This document shows positions 12,690 through 26,322 of a stretch of DNA of 64,000 nt, in pieces. Position 1 is the stretch's first letter. The number at the start of each line of letters is the position of its first letter. Source of the DNA: Cystobasidiomycetes sp. EMM_F5. Taxonomy: Eukaryota. The DNA is taken from NCBI GenBank assembly GCA_051047955.1, contig JBPGPT010000008.1, positions 124,001-188,000 of the forward strand, written 5' to 3'. Position numbers and translations under genes: made by a program. The notes beneath the pieces are model-generated. The model was not told the origin of the DNA. It saw nothing but the letters and a program-made list of their open reading frames with translations, and did no database searches.

Positions 12690-13619
12690 TCATGCCCTAC
12701 TCTTCCTTGGACTCCGTCTCAGCTTCGTCGGCGAGCTAGCTGGAACAGATAACGCTGTCGCCTTGGTGGGCGTCTTGGCGGCAGTTGACGCCTTCGAGGC
12801 AGCTTTAGCGGGTGACTGCAGACTCTGAGCATTCTGCGCGTCTTGCAGCTTTTGCAGATCCTTGCGAATTTCCTTTTCTATCTGACGTTCGCTGTAGTAT
12901 TGAGCGCCTTGAAGTGCCACGACGCCGGTAAGTGTCACTGCAATTATAGCATTTGCCGATGCAATCTGGCTGATTGCCCCAAATGCTGCTTGTGGGAGTA
13001 TGTCGTTGGACTTTGGCAGTCCGGATATGAGCTTGAAGCCTGATATTGAAATGTCAGCGCCGTAGTCGGGATTGTCTTGGAGAGACTGCGTCGACTGACT
13101 AGTCCGCAATTGTTGCAGATATGTCAATATAGCAGCAGAGAGGAGGACTGTACGTCGGATCAGCACTTTGTCCTTACTGCTAGCCTACACCGAGGTACTG
13201 ACATAAGCTTCCGCCATCAAACAGAATCCTGCTCGTGCCTCCCTTGGCAAGCTTTGCGAGAGTAGCGACTACCGCTATCGTCACTATGGCCGCAAGGACA
13301 CCTCCAAGCCATGCTGGTCCTTCGAGCAAAGCAATGTAGTATGCTACAGCGGCCTTGACTGACGCTTCTGTCGGGGATTGCCAAATGACACGATGGTCGA
13401 CTGGCACAATAGAACGGGTAAGCAAGGATATCACATCATCGTCGAATCAAGTTTGAAAGCCACCTGCAAAGTTGACGAAGAATGAGCCAGCGAGAATCGC
13501 AGAAGATCCCAATATGACCTTTCAGCCCGGAAAGAACGGGAGCAAACGAGAGATTGTCAGCGAGTCAGCCTGAGGAATCTGCACCAACGCACAGAGGTCA
13601 GCGTCGAATCTGTAGACAT
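12690..13619 (-). CDS. SHR3: ER membrane chaperone for amino-acid permeases (Shr3 family)
   Basis: Spliced MSTDSTLTSVILGSSAILAGSFFVNFAVDHRVIWQSP, LFDGGSL, IASANAIIAVTLTGVVALQGAQYYSER and a basic tail. Confidence 0.8.
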
Positions 13620-13719
13620 GTTGGCTTTCGCAGTTGCAGCTGAAGCAACTCGCTCGGCCCGCCACGCAGGTCACCCCCTAATTTGAATCTCCGATCACTC
13701 TTGCTGGACCTGGAAGCGT

Positions 13720-16700
13720 ATGCAGAGGAGCAGCTTCGACGACATTGACGACATTGCGACTTTGTCATTTGTATTGCAAAAGATGGACAGCACTTCACCT
13801 GGAAATCGTATGGTCCGCTCTCCAAGCCACGACAGCAAGACAGCTTCAAGTCTCGACACGTTGCACGAGAGTCAGTCGGTCGGCAATCTGGCACATGCGT
13901 CTGGAGTAGCGACAACGGGCTCGTCGACCCCAGTAGCCGAGCACAGAGGGCACGCAGCAAGACTGTCCGAGAGCATCCTGCCAAAACGGCCATCATCAGC
14001 TGCAAACGGAGATGCGTCAGACTATCGTCGCCCAGGACCGAGTTCACGTGCTTCGATATCCCATCTGAATGGGCATACACCGTCGAGCAATCTGCCTATT
14101 CGACGGTCTTCTGCTGCTGTGCAGTCCTCACTCGACCGCCCTATCCATACGCCAGACCCAGACCATCTCTTGCGCGTGCAGAATGGGGTCATCAAAGGAC
14201 GGTCCGGCAGCGTGCTCAGTCGCGGTTTCATCCTCAAGAACGACCGACTGCCGTCGAACAAGACGCATGCTCTCGACTTTCGCCTCAAGGGCGTGCCGAA
14301 TTTCAGGTCGGGAGGGGAAGGTGTATACGGAGCAGCGCAACCTTCGATAACAGGTCTGCGGACGGTGCTTGCGGTACTGGGCTGCCACCCGACCGGCGCA
14401 AGTAAAGCTGTTTGGGTCTGTACACGAGAGGAACCTGTAATATACATTGGCGGCTCGCCCTTCGTGTTGCGTGATGCTGAAGAACCATTCAAGACGTTTG
14501 GACTGAGCGAGCGGCCGGAAGCTTTGGAGAGTATTGAACGAAGGTAAGGCTGAGCTTCACGTCGTTCAGTGTCAGCAACTCATGTTGTGCACACGAAGAC
14601 TGAAAACAGACATACTACGCGAAGCCGCACGATATGGCGGAGTCGTCCAAGTAGAAGAGGAGATCAATGACGCAGGTACGTATGGGCTCAAATTCTGTCT
14701 GCCTTGGGTGCTCAATCTCCAAAATCCATAGACGGAGGCATGACTTCCACTTGGGTTGCCGCCTCAGCCGATAATGTTATGACTATCCGCGAGTTGTGGA
14801 GTCATCTCGTCGAAGAAGGTTATCATATCGATGTGAGTGAAAGGTTGAATACGGTGTTGCATAGAGTCGAAGCTGAACAACATCTACAGTACCATCGAAT
14901 CGCTTTTTCGAGCGATGAGCATCCAGAAAACAAATACCTGGATGCTTTTCTTGATGTTCTGCGAGGGCTTGATACAAACATCTCTCTATTCTTCAATTGC
15001 GGTGCTGGTGTTGTCAGAACAACGTAAGCCGCTTCAAATCTGCTTTCCACTAGGCCTGACTTTCGTCTACAAAGCTTCGCCATGACGCTGGCTCTGCTCG
15101 TACGGCGGCATCAGACCACCTTGGCAGCCCAGGGATCAGCGCCTGCTCGAAGTATATCCAGAACCAGAGGAGAAGTAAGCAGAATTGTCTCTTGTTACTC
15201 ATTGACAAGAGTAGACTCACGTTCATGTTCTACAGTCCGTGATAGATCAGAACGTTCGCCGATACCTTCTGGCTGAGGCTAATGCTACCACCAAACGCAA
15301 CCATTCTCTTCTCCGTATGACATCTATCCTGAATAGCTGTGTGCCTCCAGCTCGCCAGCAATCGGCCTTGACTATTCTGCTTTCACAGCCTGATGCGCTG
15401 GAGAATCTGAGAAGAGCCGGTGATGGCGACTATGATATTATCCTCAACCTCTTGTCCTGCTTAGAGAATGGCAACCAGAGTAAAGCCCTAGCGGACGCCG
15501 CGATAGACCAGTGTAAGTGATCAGCACCGTTACCGTGGTTTAACTGAGCATTCGGCGTCTACAGGTGCATCCATCACGAATCTACGAGAGGACGTTTTGG
15601 CGCATCGTATAAAAGTGGCTCTCGCAGCGATGGATGACTCGCACCGTGATTTACATCTTCGCAAAGCTGTCTTTGGTCTCGAGCGATACTTCTTCCTCGT
15701 CGCGTTCGCCAGCTACATTACGTCGACCGATGTATCACCGAATCTTCAATATTCTGAATGGCTGCAAAGCAGAGCTGAATTGCGGAACATGGTCGAGCGA
15801 ATGCGGAAACCCGCAAATTCTTCCTGGATCTTCAAGCCTGTGGCTGATTTGTCGGGTGGGACACATCTGTTGATTTTATGTTTAATGGCAGCTGAAATTC
15901 AGAATGATAGTGCTTTCTCGTGGCGGTCCTCAGCTGGCAGCGGCAACGCCCTTGGCCCAGACACGTTTAGCCGATGTGAGGCGCGAGGGAGCAGAAGCAA
16001 TCGGCGACGAGTTTGCTGCTCAGCTAGTTCGAACACGTCGCGGAATCACATTGCGAGCGGGGACGATCCTAAAAGTACGTCATCCGCGCGACTCGTCGAG
16101 TGCTTTGCTTATGCAGTCCGTGCGATCCTCGAGCAGAAAGATATTTGGAGGGATGCAGTGGAAGATGGCCCGCACGATGCCTCCATACGAGGTGCACTGA
16201 ATTTCAGACAGATCAGAGATACCGACATATATGCATTGTCGCAACCAACCGACTCGGGCATAGTCGGAGTTCTGGGTCAGGTCAACAGCAATGCTAGAGA
16301 CGGACAAAGCCACCGAACTACCTGGGTTAACTTGAGAGAAGAGGCAAGTCAGAAATGTCCCGGTAGCGTACAAGACTGAAAGATGGCGCCAACAGCCGCT
16401 TGTCTACATCAATGGCGCTCCTTACGTATTACGAGAGGAAGCATTGAGTCTGCGCAACCTGAAGTCATATGCGTGAGTGCTGTTTGCCTGAAACCTTGCT
16501 CTCCCTAATGGCGAGCACATGCAGCGGTATTTCAGCGACGCGACTCGAATTGATAGAAGATCGCTTGAAACGTGACATTCTGTCCGAGATTAAGGCAGGC
16601 GACGGCAGATTGTTACTACACTCGGAAAGGCCCGATAAATCTGTCGTAGCTGTTTGGGAAAGCGTCGAGCCTGAAAACGTGGCAACGCTGCGGGAGATCA

Positions 16701-19104
16701 TGGAGTCTCTGAGGAAACAACACAACTTCAACTTTCGCCGAATGCCAATTACTGCAGAGGGCCCTCCAAACGTACAAGATATCGCGGAACTCATCGAAGT
16801 TGTCTCGATGGCCCCGCTTGGCCATTCGGTCATTGTCAACTGCCAATTGGGTATGGCAATTTACCATACGAGCATGATCTTAATCTGACGAGAAAATGGC
16901 AGGGCGCGGACGTTCCACGTTGGTCAGTGTCATGCTGTTATTGTTCAGGCGCTGGCTCGTAGCAGGAGGGAAGAAGCGAGTCTTTGCCGAGGCGCCGGCG
17001 GATCCACCCAAGACTCTAGCGTATGCCGTAATCAACAATGTCAGTCCTGCAGCGTCTGGTTTTTCAGTCGCGAACTGATACCTCTCTAGCTCATCCGCGT
17101 CATTCGTAACGGCCGTGAGATCAGGATGCACGTCGGTAAGTGCGCTGACAGCGAGCATCAGCTCACAGCAAGCTGAAAAAGACGTTCTAGACTCAGCAAT
17201 CCAAGAGTGCAGCGAAATCTATAATCTTCTGGATGCAATCGAAGACGCGCGACAGCGAGCCGACGATGCTGCGGATGCAAAGAGCAAAGGCGCAGCCATC
17301 AGCGGCGGCATCAACGAATTGCGCCGATACTTTACGCTGATCTTGTTCGCGTCCTGGCTGAATGAGTCTGAAGGAGGTGATCTAAGAACTCTTCGCGAGG
17401 AGCACTCCTTCGAAAAATATCTGCACGATCGGCCAGGTGAGTGCGTTGAGTTGATCCAAAGAGAAGTCGCTGAGCACAGTCTATGGCGCAGTCTTCGAGA
17501 CGATATCAAAGGAAATCGACAGCGCAAAGGCAGATGCCCTCGTCCCCTTGGATAAGTCCAGCTTGGGAGACGGAGTCGCGGTTGACGAGGTAGAAGCGGT
17601 CGTTGCGGGTAGAACTGGCCGTATCTTGTCAGCAGCAACTATCCTCAAGTCAGACTTTTTCTCCAACTTGCAGAAGTTGTCACTGCCTGAGCGCGTTGAA
17701 GGGGCTCCGAACTACCGGTGAGATACGATCACATAAAGCATGGCTGGCTGGTATACTTATTGAGGCGTTATCAGTCGGGCACCAATGTATTTGGAATCCA
17801 GCTCGGATAACGCCGACTCGCAAAACGAAAAAGCATCTCACGCGATATACGGGACAGGTATGCCAACAGTAAATGGCTTACGCACCGCATTGGAGAAGAT
17901 GGGCGCGGGGTCTAGCGGGAACACTTGGGTCTATTGGACGCTCATGCGGGAAGAGCCGGTCATCTTTGTGCGAGGCAGACCGGTGGGCGGAAAGGAATGA
18001 GACAGTCAACCGTCGAGGCTGACCACATTGTCACCGCAGCATGTTCTTCGACTGTTGGCTATGCCTTTGGAGAATGTCATTACTACCGGAGTCACGACTG
18101 AAAGCGTCGAAGGTCAGGAGCAAGCTCTGAAGACCGATGTCCTTCGCGAAGCTCAGAGGCATGGTGGTCGTCTACTGTTGCACGACGAAACCGATGACGG
18201 AAATGGAAGGTTCACCATTACTGCTCAATGGGAGGAAGGGTTGTCAGCGGACGACATACTCACACCTGCTGATGCCTTTGCTCAGATGATCAAGGACGGC
18301 CTTCGGCTTGACTATGCGCGCCTTCCGGTGACTGACGAACAGGCTCCAATGCCACGAGTCTTCGCGCGACTAGAAGAACGGGTGAATGCTGCATCTCAGC
18401 ATCCCGAAGTGGCTATGGCATTCAACTGTCAAATGGGTAGAGGCAGGACGACCAGCGCTATGGTGGCTGCGTCACTGGCTGCGACGATTCTGCATCCAGT
18501 CGATGCCGTCGAGACTACTACAATTGCCGCCAGCGATGCGGGTGTAGACGATACCTTCGCCATCCGAGACATACAAGACCCGTATCAGCACGGAGAGTAC
18601 AAGGTCATTTTCCAGCTGGTCTCGGTATTGCAGTACGGCAAACTTGCCAAACAACTGGCGGACGCAGCAATCGACCAGTGCGAAGCAGTGCAAAATCTGC
18701 GCAAAGCTGTCGCGACGTATCGGATGCAATGGGAGTCGGCAGAGAAAGGATCATCAAAGAAAGAAAAGATATTCACATTGGCTTACAACTACTTGTATAG
18801 GTACGGCGAGCCCCGGAGTAAAGTGCATCCTCTACAGACTGACCACCTTACTACATAGGTACGGGACACTTATCGCGTTCGCAAACTACCTCTTGGAGAA
18901 GAGTGAAGCCCAAAGCGGTAAGATGTCCTCGTCGTTTACGATTGTGGGCGTGGACGATGCTGGACAAGATTTTCCACCATGTGAGCCGTGCACGTTTGAT
19001 AGACAGTGTGCCAACATACTGACGAAGCTCGTCTGTCAGTCCCGGAATACCTGCTTCGGCGACCGGAGATCAACCATATTCTGAGCAGGAAGAGCTTGGA
19101 TTAG
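13720..19104 (+). CDS. Paladin-like protein with three PTP-like phytase/inositol phosphatase domains
   Basis: Three repeats of R.G.(V/I)L....ILK.D, G..NFR, REEP and PITAE/PVTDE. P-loops are NCGAGVVRTT, NCQLGRGRST (spliced) and NCQMGRGRTT. The start could instead be 13783. Confidence 0.88.
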
Positions 19105-19238
19105 CTGCGCACTTATTGTAGAAGAAATATCGTCTGTGCCCGCAGGTAGCAAAGGATAGCGAATCAGCTATTGTTGTATCAATATCCCATTGTAAAGCAG
19201 CAGGGTCGAAGCGTGGTTCTTTCGTCATCTCCGTCAAC

Positions 19239-21072
19239 ATGGACGACGAGGCGGACCAATTTGCGCAGTGGTTCCGATCTCATGGCCAACAACATCCGTC
19301 TGTAGGAATATGCCATTTCGCTGGAATGGGTCGCGGAGCGGTAGCTCTAGACGATATTGCCGTGCGCACACAATGCTGAGCGCTGCACGCAAGTCTTGAG
19401 CAGCGAAGTCGCTGACTACCGTTTGCATACTAGGAAGGGACTGTCCTGTTTGCGATACCGCGGACGCTGCTGCTGAACATCGATAACGCAGGTCTTCGCT
19501 CTGTGTTGACTGCACAAGAATGGCAAAATCTTCATGGATGGACGTCCTTGATTCTGGCGATGATGTGGGAATATCGCAAGCCAGATAGCCTCTGGCGACC
19601 GTATTTCAACATTCTCCCAACTTCCTTTGACAGTCTCATGTTTTGGAGCGAAGTTGACCTGGCAGAGCTGCGGGGATGCTCTGTCGTAGGTCGGTTAACG
19701 AGCTAAACCAGTTGCGCCAGCATTCTGACACTGTAGCTCGGGCATAGAAAAGATCGGAAGAGAAGAAGCAATGCTGGATTTCCACAATATCATCACGCCT
19801 ATAATTGTGTCGCGGCCCGACATTTTTGGATCACCAGAATTCTACACGGCCGATTTGTATAATCGGATGGGAAGTTTGGTTCTATCCCGTAGCTTCCATG
19901 TTGAGGAGTACGAAGCGGACGCAGAAGATAGCTCCTCCCAGACGAACGGAGACGCCAGTATGGCAAACCGGTCTGATGCATCGAACTATGGCCACGTATC
20001 ACAGCCTGCAAATCCTCAGCAAAGTGAAAGCGACGATGGCACTAGCGATCAAGACGATGATGACGAAGTAGAGTCTGCCGGCCACGTTTCTATGGTACCA
20101 TGGGCGGATATGCTCAACGCTCGACATGGATGTGATAATGCTCGTTTATTTTATGAAAAGACTAGCTTAAACATGTGCGCGACAAAGCCGATACGGAAAG
20201 GCGAGCAAATCGTGAGTCGGAAGTATTTGCGCTTTGTCATAATATCAATGAGCTTCACTCCATGAAGTGGAATGTATATGGCGACCCGCCGAACTCCGAT
20301 CTGCTTCGAAGATATGGACATGTAGGTACAGTGTCTCCCTCTGGACGGTAGGCTAACTTTGAAGATTCCCAGGTCGACGATGAAAATCCGTCCGACATTG
20401 TTGAGATACCGGCAGATCTCGTAGCACGCATAGCTCACCCGAAAGTCGCTGGAAGACAAGCCCGAATAGACCTACTATTGGCTATGGATATTGACGAGTG
20501 CGTCAGTCTTATCCGCAGTACGTAATTTACGATCTGACGGCGGCACCCAGCGTCTTCGAATTCACCCTGAACGATCACGGCGAAGCACTACAAGACTTTC
20601 TGGCTGCAATATCGATATTTGCCGCAACTGAGGAGGAAGCCGACAAGATTTCAAAGAAGGGGAGAGTATCCAGCAAAGGTCTTGGAGAAAATCTGCGACT
20701 CCTGAGGCTGGCTTATGAAATACTGCGACAACGTCTCGGAGAATATCCTCATGATTTTGAAGTGAGCTCGCTTACGAAATTTATGCACTTGCCGACTGAC
20801 AGAGGCAACAGGTGGATGCTGACAGCTTATCATCGGGCTCGCACAGTCCAAGCAGACTGCGCAGTGCAGTGATTGTACGGCACGGGGAAATGCGTATTCT
20901 CAAATCTTTGCTTTCCGAAGTCAAGGCACTTTTGCCGCAGAACGATTTTGCGGAAGATGCACCAGGGCGTAACAAACGGATACTGAGCAAGAAGGAACTC
21001 CGCGAGGAGAAGAAACGTGAGAGGGAGGAACAGCGCTTGCTAGATTCCACTTCCAAAAAGCGAAAACTATGA
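19239..21072 (+). CDS. SET-domain N-lysine methyltransferase (SETD6/Rkm4-like)
   Basis: FAGMGRGAVAL, GWTSLILAMMWE, WRPYFNILP, GSLVLSRSFHV, MVPWADMLNA and NVYGDPPNSDLLRRYG. Confidence 0.88.
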
Positions 21073-21169
21073 TCATTATCCGTCTAGACTAATACCGCGA
21101 TAGTTTTGGGTCTGAAATGCACTGCGCGACATTGATGTTGCTACATAATGCTCTCCGTCGCATGCTCTG

Positions 21170-22042
21170 CTACGATTGCGACTCGTTATTGCGTTCATCG
21201 TATACCACTGCCAGAGCAGCGATGAGTACGAGGTCAACGCCAGGGACGACCTCGACAAAGTAGGTCTGCTGATCTGCAAAGATATTTGCCGCAGTCAGGG
21301 TCTTCCTGTTAAGTCGAGCTACCTCTTGCCCGGTGCCTGCTATGCGCATGACTGCGACCTTATCCCTCCAGTTGCCCTCCACTTGGATCATCATTGGCTG
21401 GTTATCGGCCTTGTTGACGAATTTGGCGGTCATCATCGAACCGATCACTGTGTCGAGAGAACATGAGAGGATAGGACAGGGCTGTGACGCTCATTCACAC
21501 AACCGTACTCACACTTCATATGGCCCTGCACTTCGAAGAGTTGGGTTCCGTCTGGGGCGTGGGCCTCGTACGACCCGCGTAAGGACTGCTCAACAAGACG
21601 ACCGCTTAGACATGCAATTACAAAAAATGTATGTCGGGCTGCGCTCACCATAGTCTTTCTTTTCAGATCGAAAAGAGCAGCTCCATCTGCATCTGTGAAG
21701 GCTGTCATAGACGTTCAGCCACTGGAAATACCCAATGACACAAAGGAGATGCTCACTCTTCCTGCCACGCAACGAGATTGCTTTGCCATCTACTTTGCAG
21801 ACGACCGTACCATGAGCGTCTTTGATGCTGACCGGTTTCGCATCAGCCTCGAGAGCTGCAGGCGACAGCACAACAGCGTTGACTGACCTAAAGTCGTCGC
21901 CAGTCCAAGACATGACCTTTTCCTTGCACACGAGGGTGGTTGGCTGCTGTACAGCACAAGCTGGCAGAACGCCAATAGCCGGAACATTTCCAGCTGGTAC
22001 GACAGAAGAGGTAGCGAATTGAGATTGCAGCTTATCAAACAT
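21170..22042 (-). CDS. LURP-one-related (LOR / tubby C-terminal-like) protein
   Basis: TTLVCKEKVMSWTGDDF, KVDGKAISLRGRK, VEGNWRD and QTYFVEVVPGVDLVLIAALAVVYDE. Confidence 0.85.
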
Positions 22043-22390
22043 GGTTGCAGATTGTTGGTTAGATGAATAGTGTCAATCAGGATAATGATAAAGGCCAAGC
22101 CAAGAAGTCCCTTCAGCTCGCACAGCATCCGGGTCACGTTAGCCGACAGGAATGACGTAGATCTCGTTGGACGGGACTGCCTTTGGATATAGACCGTGTA
22201 CTCTAGTGTCTGCGTGTATGGTGGAGCGTGTGAGTGCGCCATACTGCTCGATGAATGGGTTCTCGAGGACAGGCTGGGGTGCCGCGGACAGGTCATGTGC
22301 GCGCCGGTATTTGAGAAAGCTTTTTGTTGTGGTGCTAGTCTTCCCATCGCACACGATACGGCCTTGCTTTACTCTCTCACTGTATGCAGA

Positions 22391-23230
22391 ATGCCATCTA
22401 CGTCGGAGTTGCCGAAAGCTAGACTCGCAAACGGGAAAGCAATTGACAATTGTACGTTTATACACGTAATAACCTTAAAGCTTTAATGACCCCATAAGTG
22501 CAGCAACTTTCGTCTATTTCCATGCTCACGACGCGGATACTCCGTTCGACTGCTTGTCTCAATGGTTTCCTGCCGAGTTCGTGGACCCGGCCATGGGTAA
22601 TGCCCGTTTCTCCTCGAGCGAGCAGTACATGATGGCCATGAAAGCTCGTCTGATGCGAGATACGGCGACGTACGAAAAGATTATGGCTTCGACCTCGCCG
22701 GGAGAAGCGAAAGGGCTCGGACGGAGTGTGGAGAATTTCCGACAAGGCGTAAGTCATCTGCTTGCAGGCAACGTGAGCTGTATTGACGGCTAACTGAGTC
22801 GCCTGACTCGAACATAGCTGTGGGACGCAGCCTGCGATAAGATTGTGGAGCGGGGAAACTGGCTCAAGTTCTCGCAAAACTCGAAGAGTATGGCGGTGTT
22901 GCTGTCGACAGGGCAGAAGGCGCTGGTCGAGGCTTCGCCGACGGACCGGATCGTGAGTTGCGCCTTTGCGGAAATGGCCTGCTGACGATACATCTGTCTG
23001 ACCCTGCGTAGTGGGGGATTGGGTATGATGTCAGCGAGGCTGAAGAGAACGAGACGTCGTGGGGAGACAACAAGCTGGGTCAGGCGTTGATGCGCGTTAG
23101 ACAGAGGTTGGTAGAAGGGGAGAGAGAGGGAGAATGGCCCAAAGTGATCAATTTGGAAGGGTGCACCAGTTGCGGGGGCTGTGGTCAGTCTCACTCTGCG
23201 GCTCAGCTCGGAGCAGCCATCAAGCATTAG
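22391..23230 (+). CDS. NADAR (YbiA/RibX-like) N-glycosidase
   Basis: LSQWF, SSEQYMMAMKA, AKGLGRSV, GNWLKFSQN, LVEASPTDRI/WGIG and GDNKLGQALMRVR across 4 exons. Confidence 0.9.
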
Positions 23231-23461
23231 TATTCGAGGATTAGGACAATGTAGCTCATTAGCCAGCCTGTTAATGCTTGCATAAACCACTTTAAAGCTG
23301 CTATGCTTCCATCGTCACCGCTTTCCTTTTCGAGACGTCCAAACCCAGAAGTGCAAGCACCGCAGCTCCCGTTTGATTTCGCGACAACCGGACACCCATC
23401 AGAGTACTGCGACTGGAGCATAAGCACACCTCACACACTCGCTGCCATCACCACGTACACC

Positions 23462-24775
23462 ATGACTGTCCTCAACTTCACCGCCGGTGGTGCGCCGTCG
23501 TTCTCGCTCAAGCTGCGAGGTGAGTCTGGATTCGACAATGATGTGCAGTTGCGTGGAGCTGAGACGCCTAGGTCATTCTCAGACACCGACAGCGTCGCTA
23601 CCATCAAACAGCGCGCGTCCAAGAAGTTGTCTCTTCAGGATACTTCAGACATTCATGCGCTTTACGAGTGGCATTTGGTCAGATACCAGCTGGAAGACGG
23701 TCAGTCACACCGTCGACTACATTCAGTTTATGTAACACGCTGACGTCCTGCGACATGCTTCGCCAATCTCTCGGCCCCTGGCATCCCATCAATCCATCGT
23801 TCACCCCGCCTTCCCGCTTTGTATGTATCCGATCGCCCGATTCTATACGGACCCATTTGTGGATACCCTGTACTTGCACGCTCGTGCATACTCGCATCGC
23901 ATTCACAGAGGACGACTTTGACATCTTCAAGTCTCGCGTCGGGTCTTCGCATGAGGCAAACCTCTTTCTGACGGGCTCCAGCATACCAGCCGTGGAGAAG
24001 CAGCCTCCGCCTGGCACGCGTCCGCACACTTTCTCGCCATCGCTCGTAAGCGCCATCGAAGGCCGTACTGGAGGATCATCCAGCGGGTACGATTCGCAGT
24101 CTCTCTACTCTTCTGCGTCTAGAAGTCACGGTCACGGAGGCGCAAAGAATACCTCTATCCACCTCATCGCTTCGTCTGATACGGCGTCTCAGAATGGAGA
24201 CACGCAAACTATTGGTGGAAAATCGACAAAGAGTACAAAGACCCTGGCAGACCGCGCCGCTGCGATCGGTGTACCAGTCCACAAGTTGGCATTCGATGAG
24301 TTCCACAGCCAGGTGAGTTGGCGATGCAGCTGTTTTGTGCTGAACGATGATACTCATCGCACCGCCTCGTCTACAGCAAGGTGTCCGTACGTTTATCGGC
24401 AGCATCGGCCCGATCGAAAACGTCCGCATGATGATGAAGCCCGGCCACCGTCACTGCTACATGGCACGCGAGTTTGCTTTACAGCATGGCTTCATTCCCA
24501 AGGACGCTGCACCAGGCTTTTACGGATTCAGCGGCATCACCAACTTGGGATCGTGGCCTATCCGTGTCGGCAGCAAGACGGTCGAACTGCAAGTCATGCT
24601 GATTGAAAACAGCTACTTCCCAGTCATACTCGGAAGATCCTTCATGGAGAAGAGACACGTTCAGACAAACCCCATCGACCAGACTCACGTCATCTTCCAA
24701 GATAACGGTGAGACTTGCCCATGCGATATCGTCGTCGTACGTAACGCTGCTGGAGAGGCGGTTTCCATCTCGTAA
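23462..24775 (+). CDS. Hypothetical protein: N-terminal PB1/ubiquitin-like domain plus C-terminal retropepsin-like domain lacking the catalytic Asp
   Basis: Spliced N-terminus FSLKLRDTDSVATIKQRASKKL...YQLEDEDDFDIF, a Ser-rich linker, then VRMMMKPGHRHCYMAREFA...FPVILGRSFM. Domain calls are by motif resemblance. Confidence 0.65.
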
Positions 24776-25245
24776 GATGGCACAAGTACAGAACGCGTCA
24801 CATGCCCGAGTCGTTACCTTCTCCGTAAAATAGACATTCTGTTTTCCCACAGCGCATAAACTGTCAATCTCCCTTGTCAAGGCGCCAGTCTCGCCCCTTA
24901 TGCAATAGTCTGTCGTTCTCCGATACCCACCGTCACCTCCAAACACATCAGAAAAAATCGTTGCAGATCATTTTCCGCATATCTTCCGCTTTTTCAAACC
25001 ATCGTTCCCATTAGCCCCGATTACCCATATTGTTATATACTTGTGTCTTTTTTCACAGCCTTATATAGCTGCCATGATGCAATGAAAGATATCGTGTGCC
25101 ACTGCAGAGAGGGTAGTTCGAACTTGCTCGAGTTGAACTGGCTCCCGATCTTTAATGCAATTGAAGCGTAGTTTGCAACGTCGTATTCATCGACGGGCTG
25201 ACATTACAGGACATTCACTGCTCAACAGTTACTTCTGCTCAGTGT

Positions 25246-26322
25246 TCACGCCGTTGTCGTGATTGTCGGAACGATTTCCACGATATTCTCCGACCCCTCC
25301 TTGACTTGGCCCGTCCGGACGTCATACCCATAACCCATGTCGTAGTGGAGCTGGTTATGGTCATAATTGGCGATGTACGACCACCCGTCTTCCTTGACGT
25401 GGTATAGATTCAAGGTGTTCCCCGAGAAGGCATCACGATGCATAGCTGCATAGATGGACCGTCTCCCCAATTCCTTTGCCTCCTCCACTTCAAGGTCCCA
25501 CTTGTAGCCTTGATCCAGTACACCATACGCAAAAGTACTTCCGGACCCCACTGAAAAGACGTCTCCCTTCAACCTCGTTCCATCCGAGTCCACGTAAAAG
25601 AGGGCTGGTCCAGTCTTGTCCCATCCGCAAATCATTGTACCCATCGATAAACCCATCCCCTTGTAAGAGTAGACGAGGTTGGAGAGGTATTTCGATGCTG
25701 CTGCTACGCTGATTCGCTCCTTTTCGCGTAATTCGTGGAGCCGACACTGGATGCCAAGGTAAGTTTCCCAGTACTGGCAGTCTGCTGCACCGCCTGCCAT
25801 CGTTCCGAGGAGGTACGGATTGATTTCAATGACCTTCTTTACCGTTCCACTGGCTGTATTCGAAAGCGTTAGTGTACATGTCGTCCTTGCATCGGTGTAA
25901 GCTGTCGCGCACCAATGTATGACCCAGCCGTCGCTCGAGAGTCTACAGCGACTATACATCCTCCCTTGAATCTGAATGCGAGTGTAGTAGTTCCGTGTGC
26001 GAGCTTTATGCGAGCATTGGCATTTCCCGAGTCTGCGTCAATCAACGACGACAGGTAAGCTGCTGGCTGTGGGAAATTCAATCCGACGAAATACGAGGGA
26101 GAGTAACATTCTCAGCATATCATTCCCCCACATCGTCGTAGATGTACTCTTCATACGTACATTGTTGACGTTTGGCAGCTGAAACTGCGGAATTGCAGCA
26201 TGGTACCCTCCGGATGACGAGGAAGCAGCAGCCATAAACCCATCCTGCTCCGAGTCATTGTCCGCATCGCTGAACCGCCCCAGCAGCGGCGTGGAAGCGT
26301 AGGCTTGTACAAACTTATCCAT
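25246..26322 (-). CDS. PRE2: 20S proteasome subunit beta5
   Basis: [43 protein letters not shown] and [15 protein letters not shown]. Confidence 0.98.
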
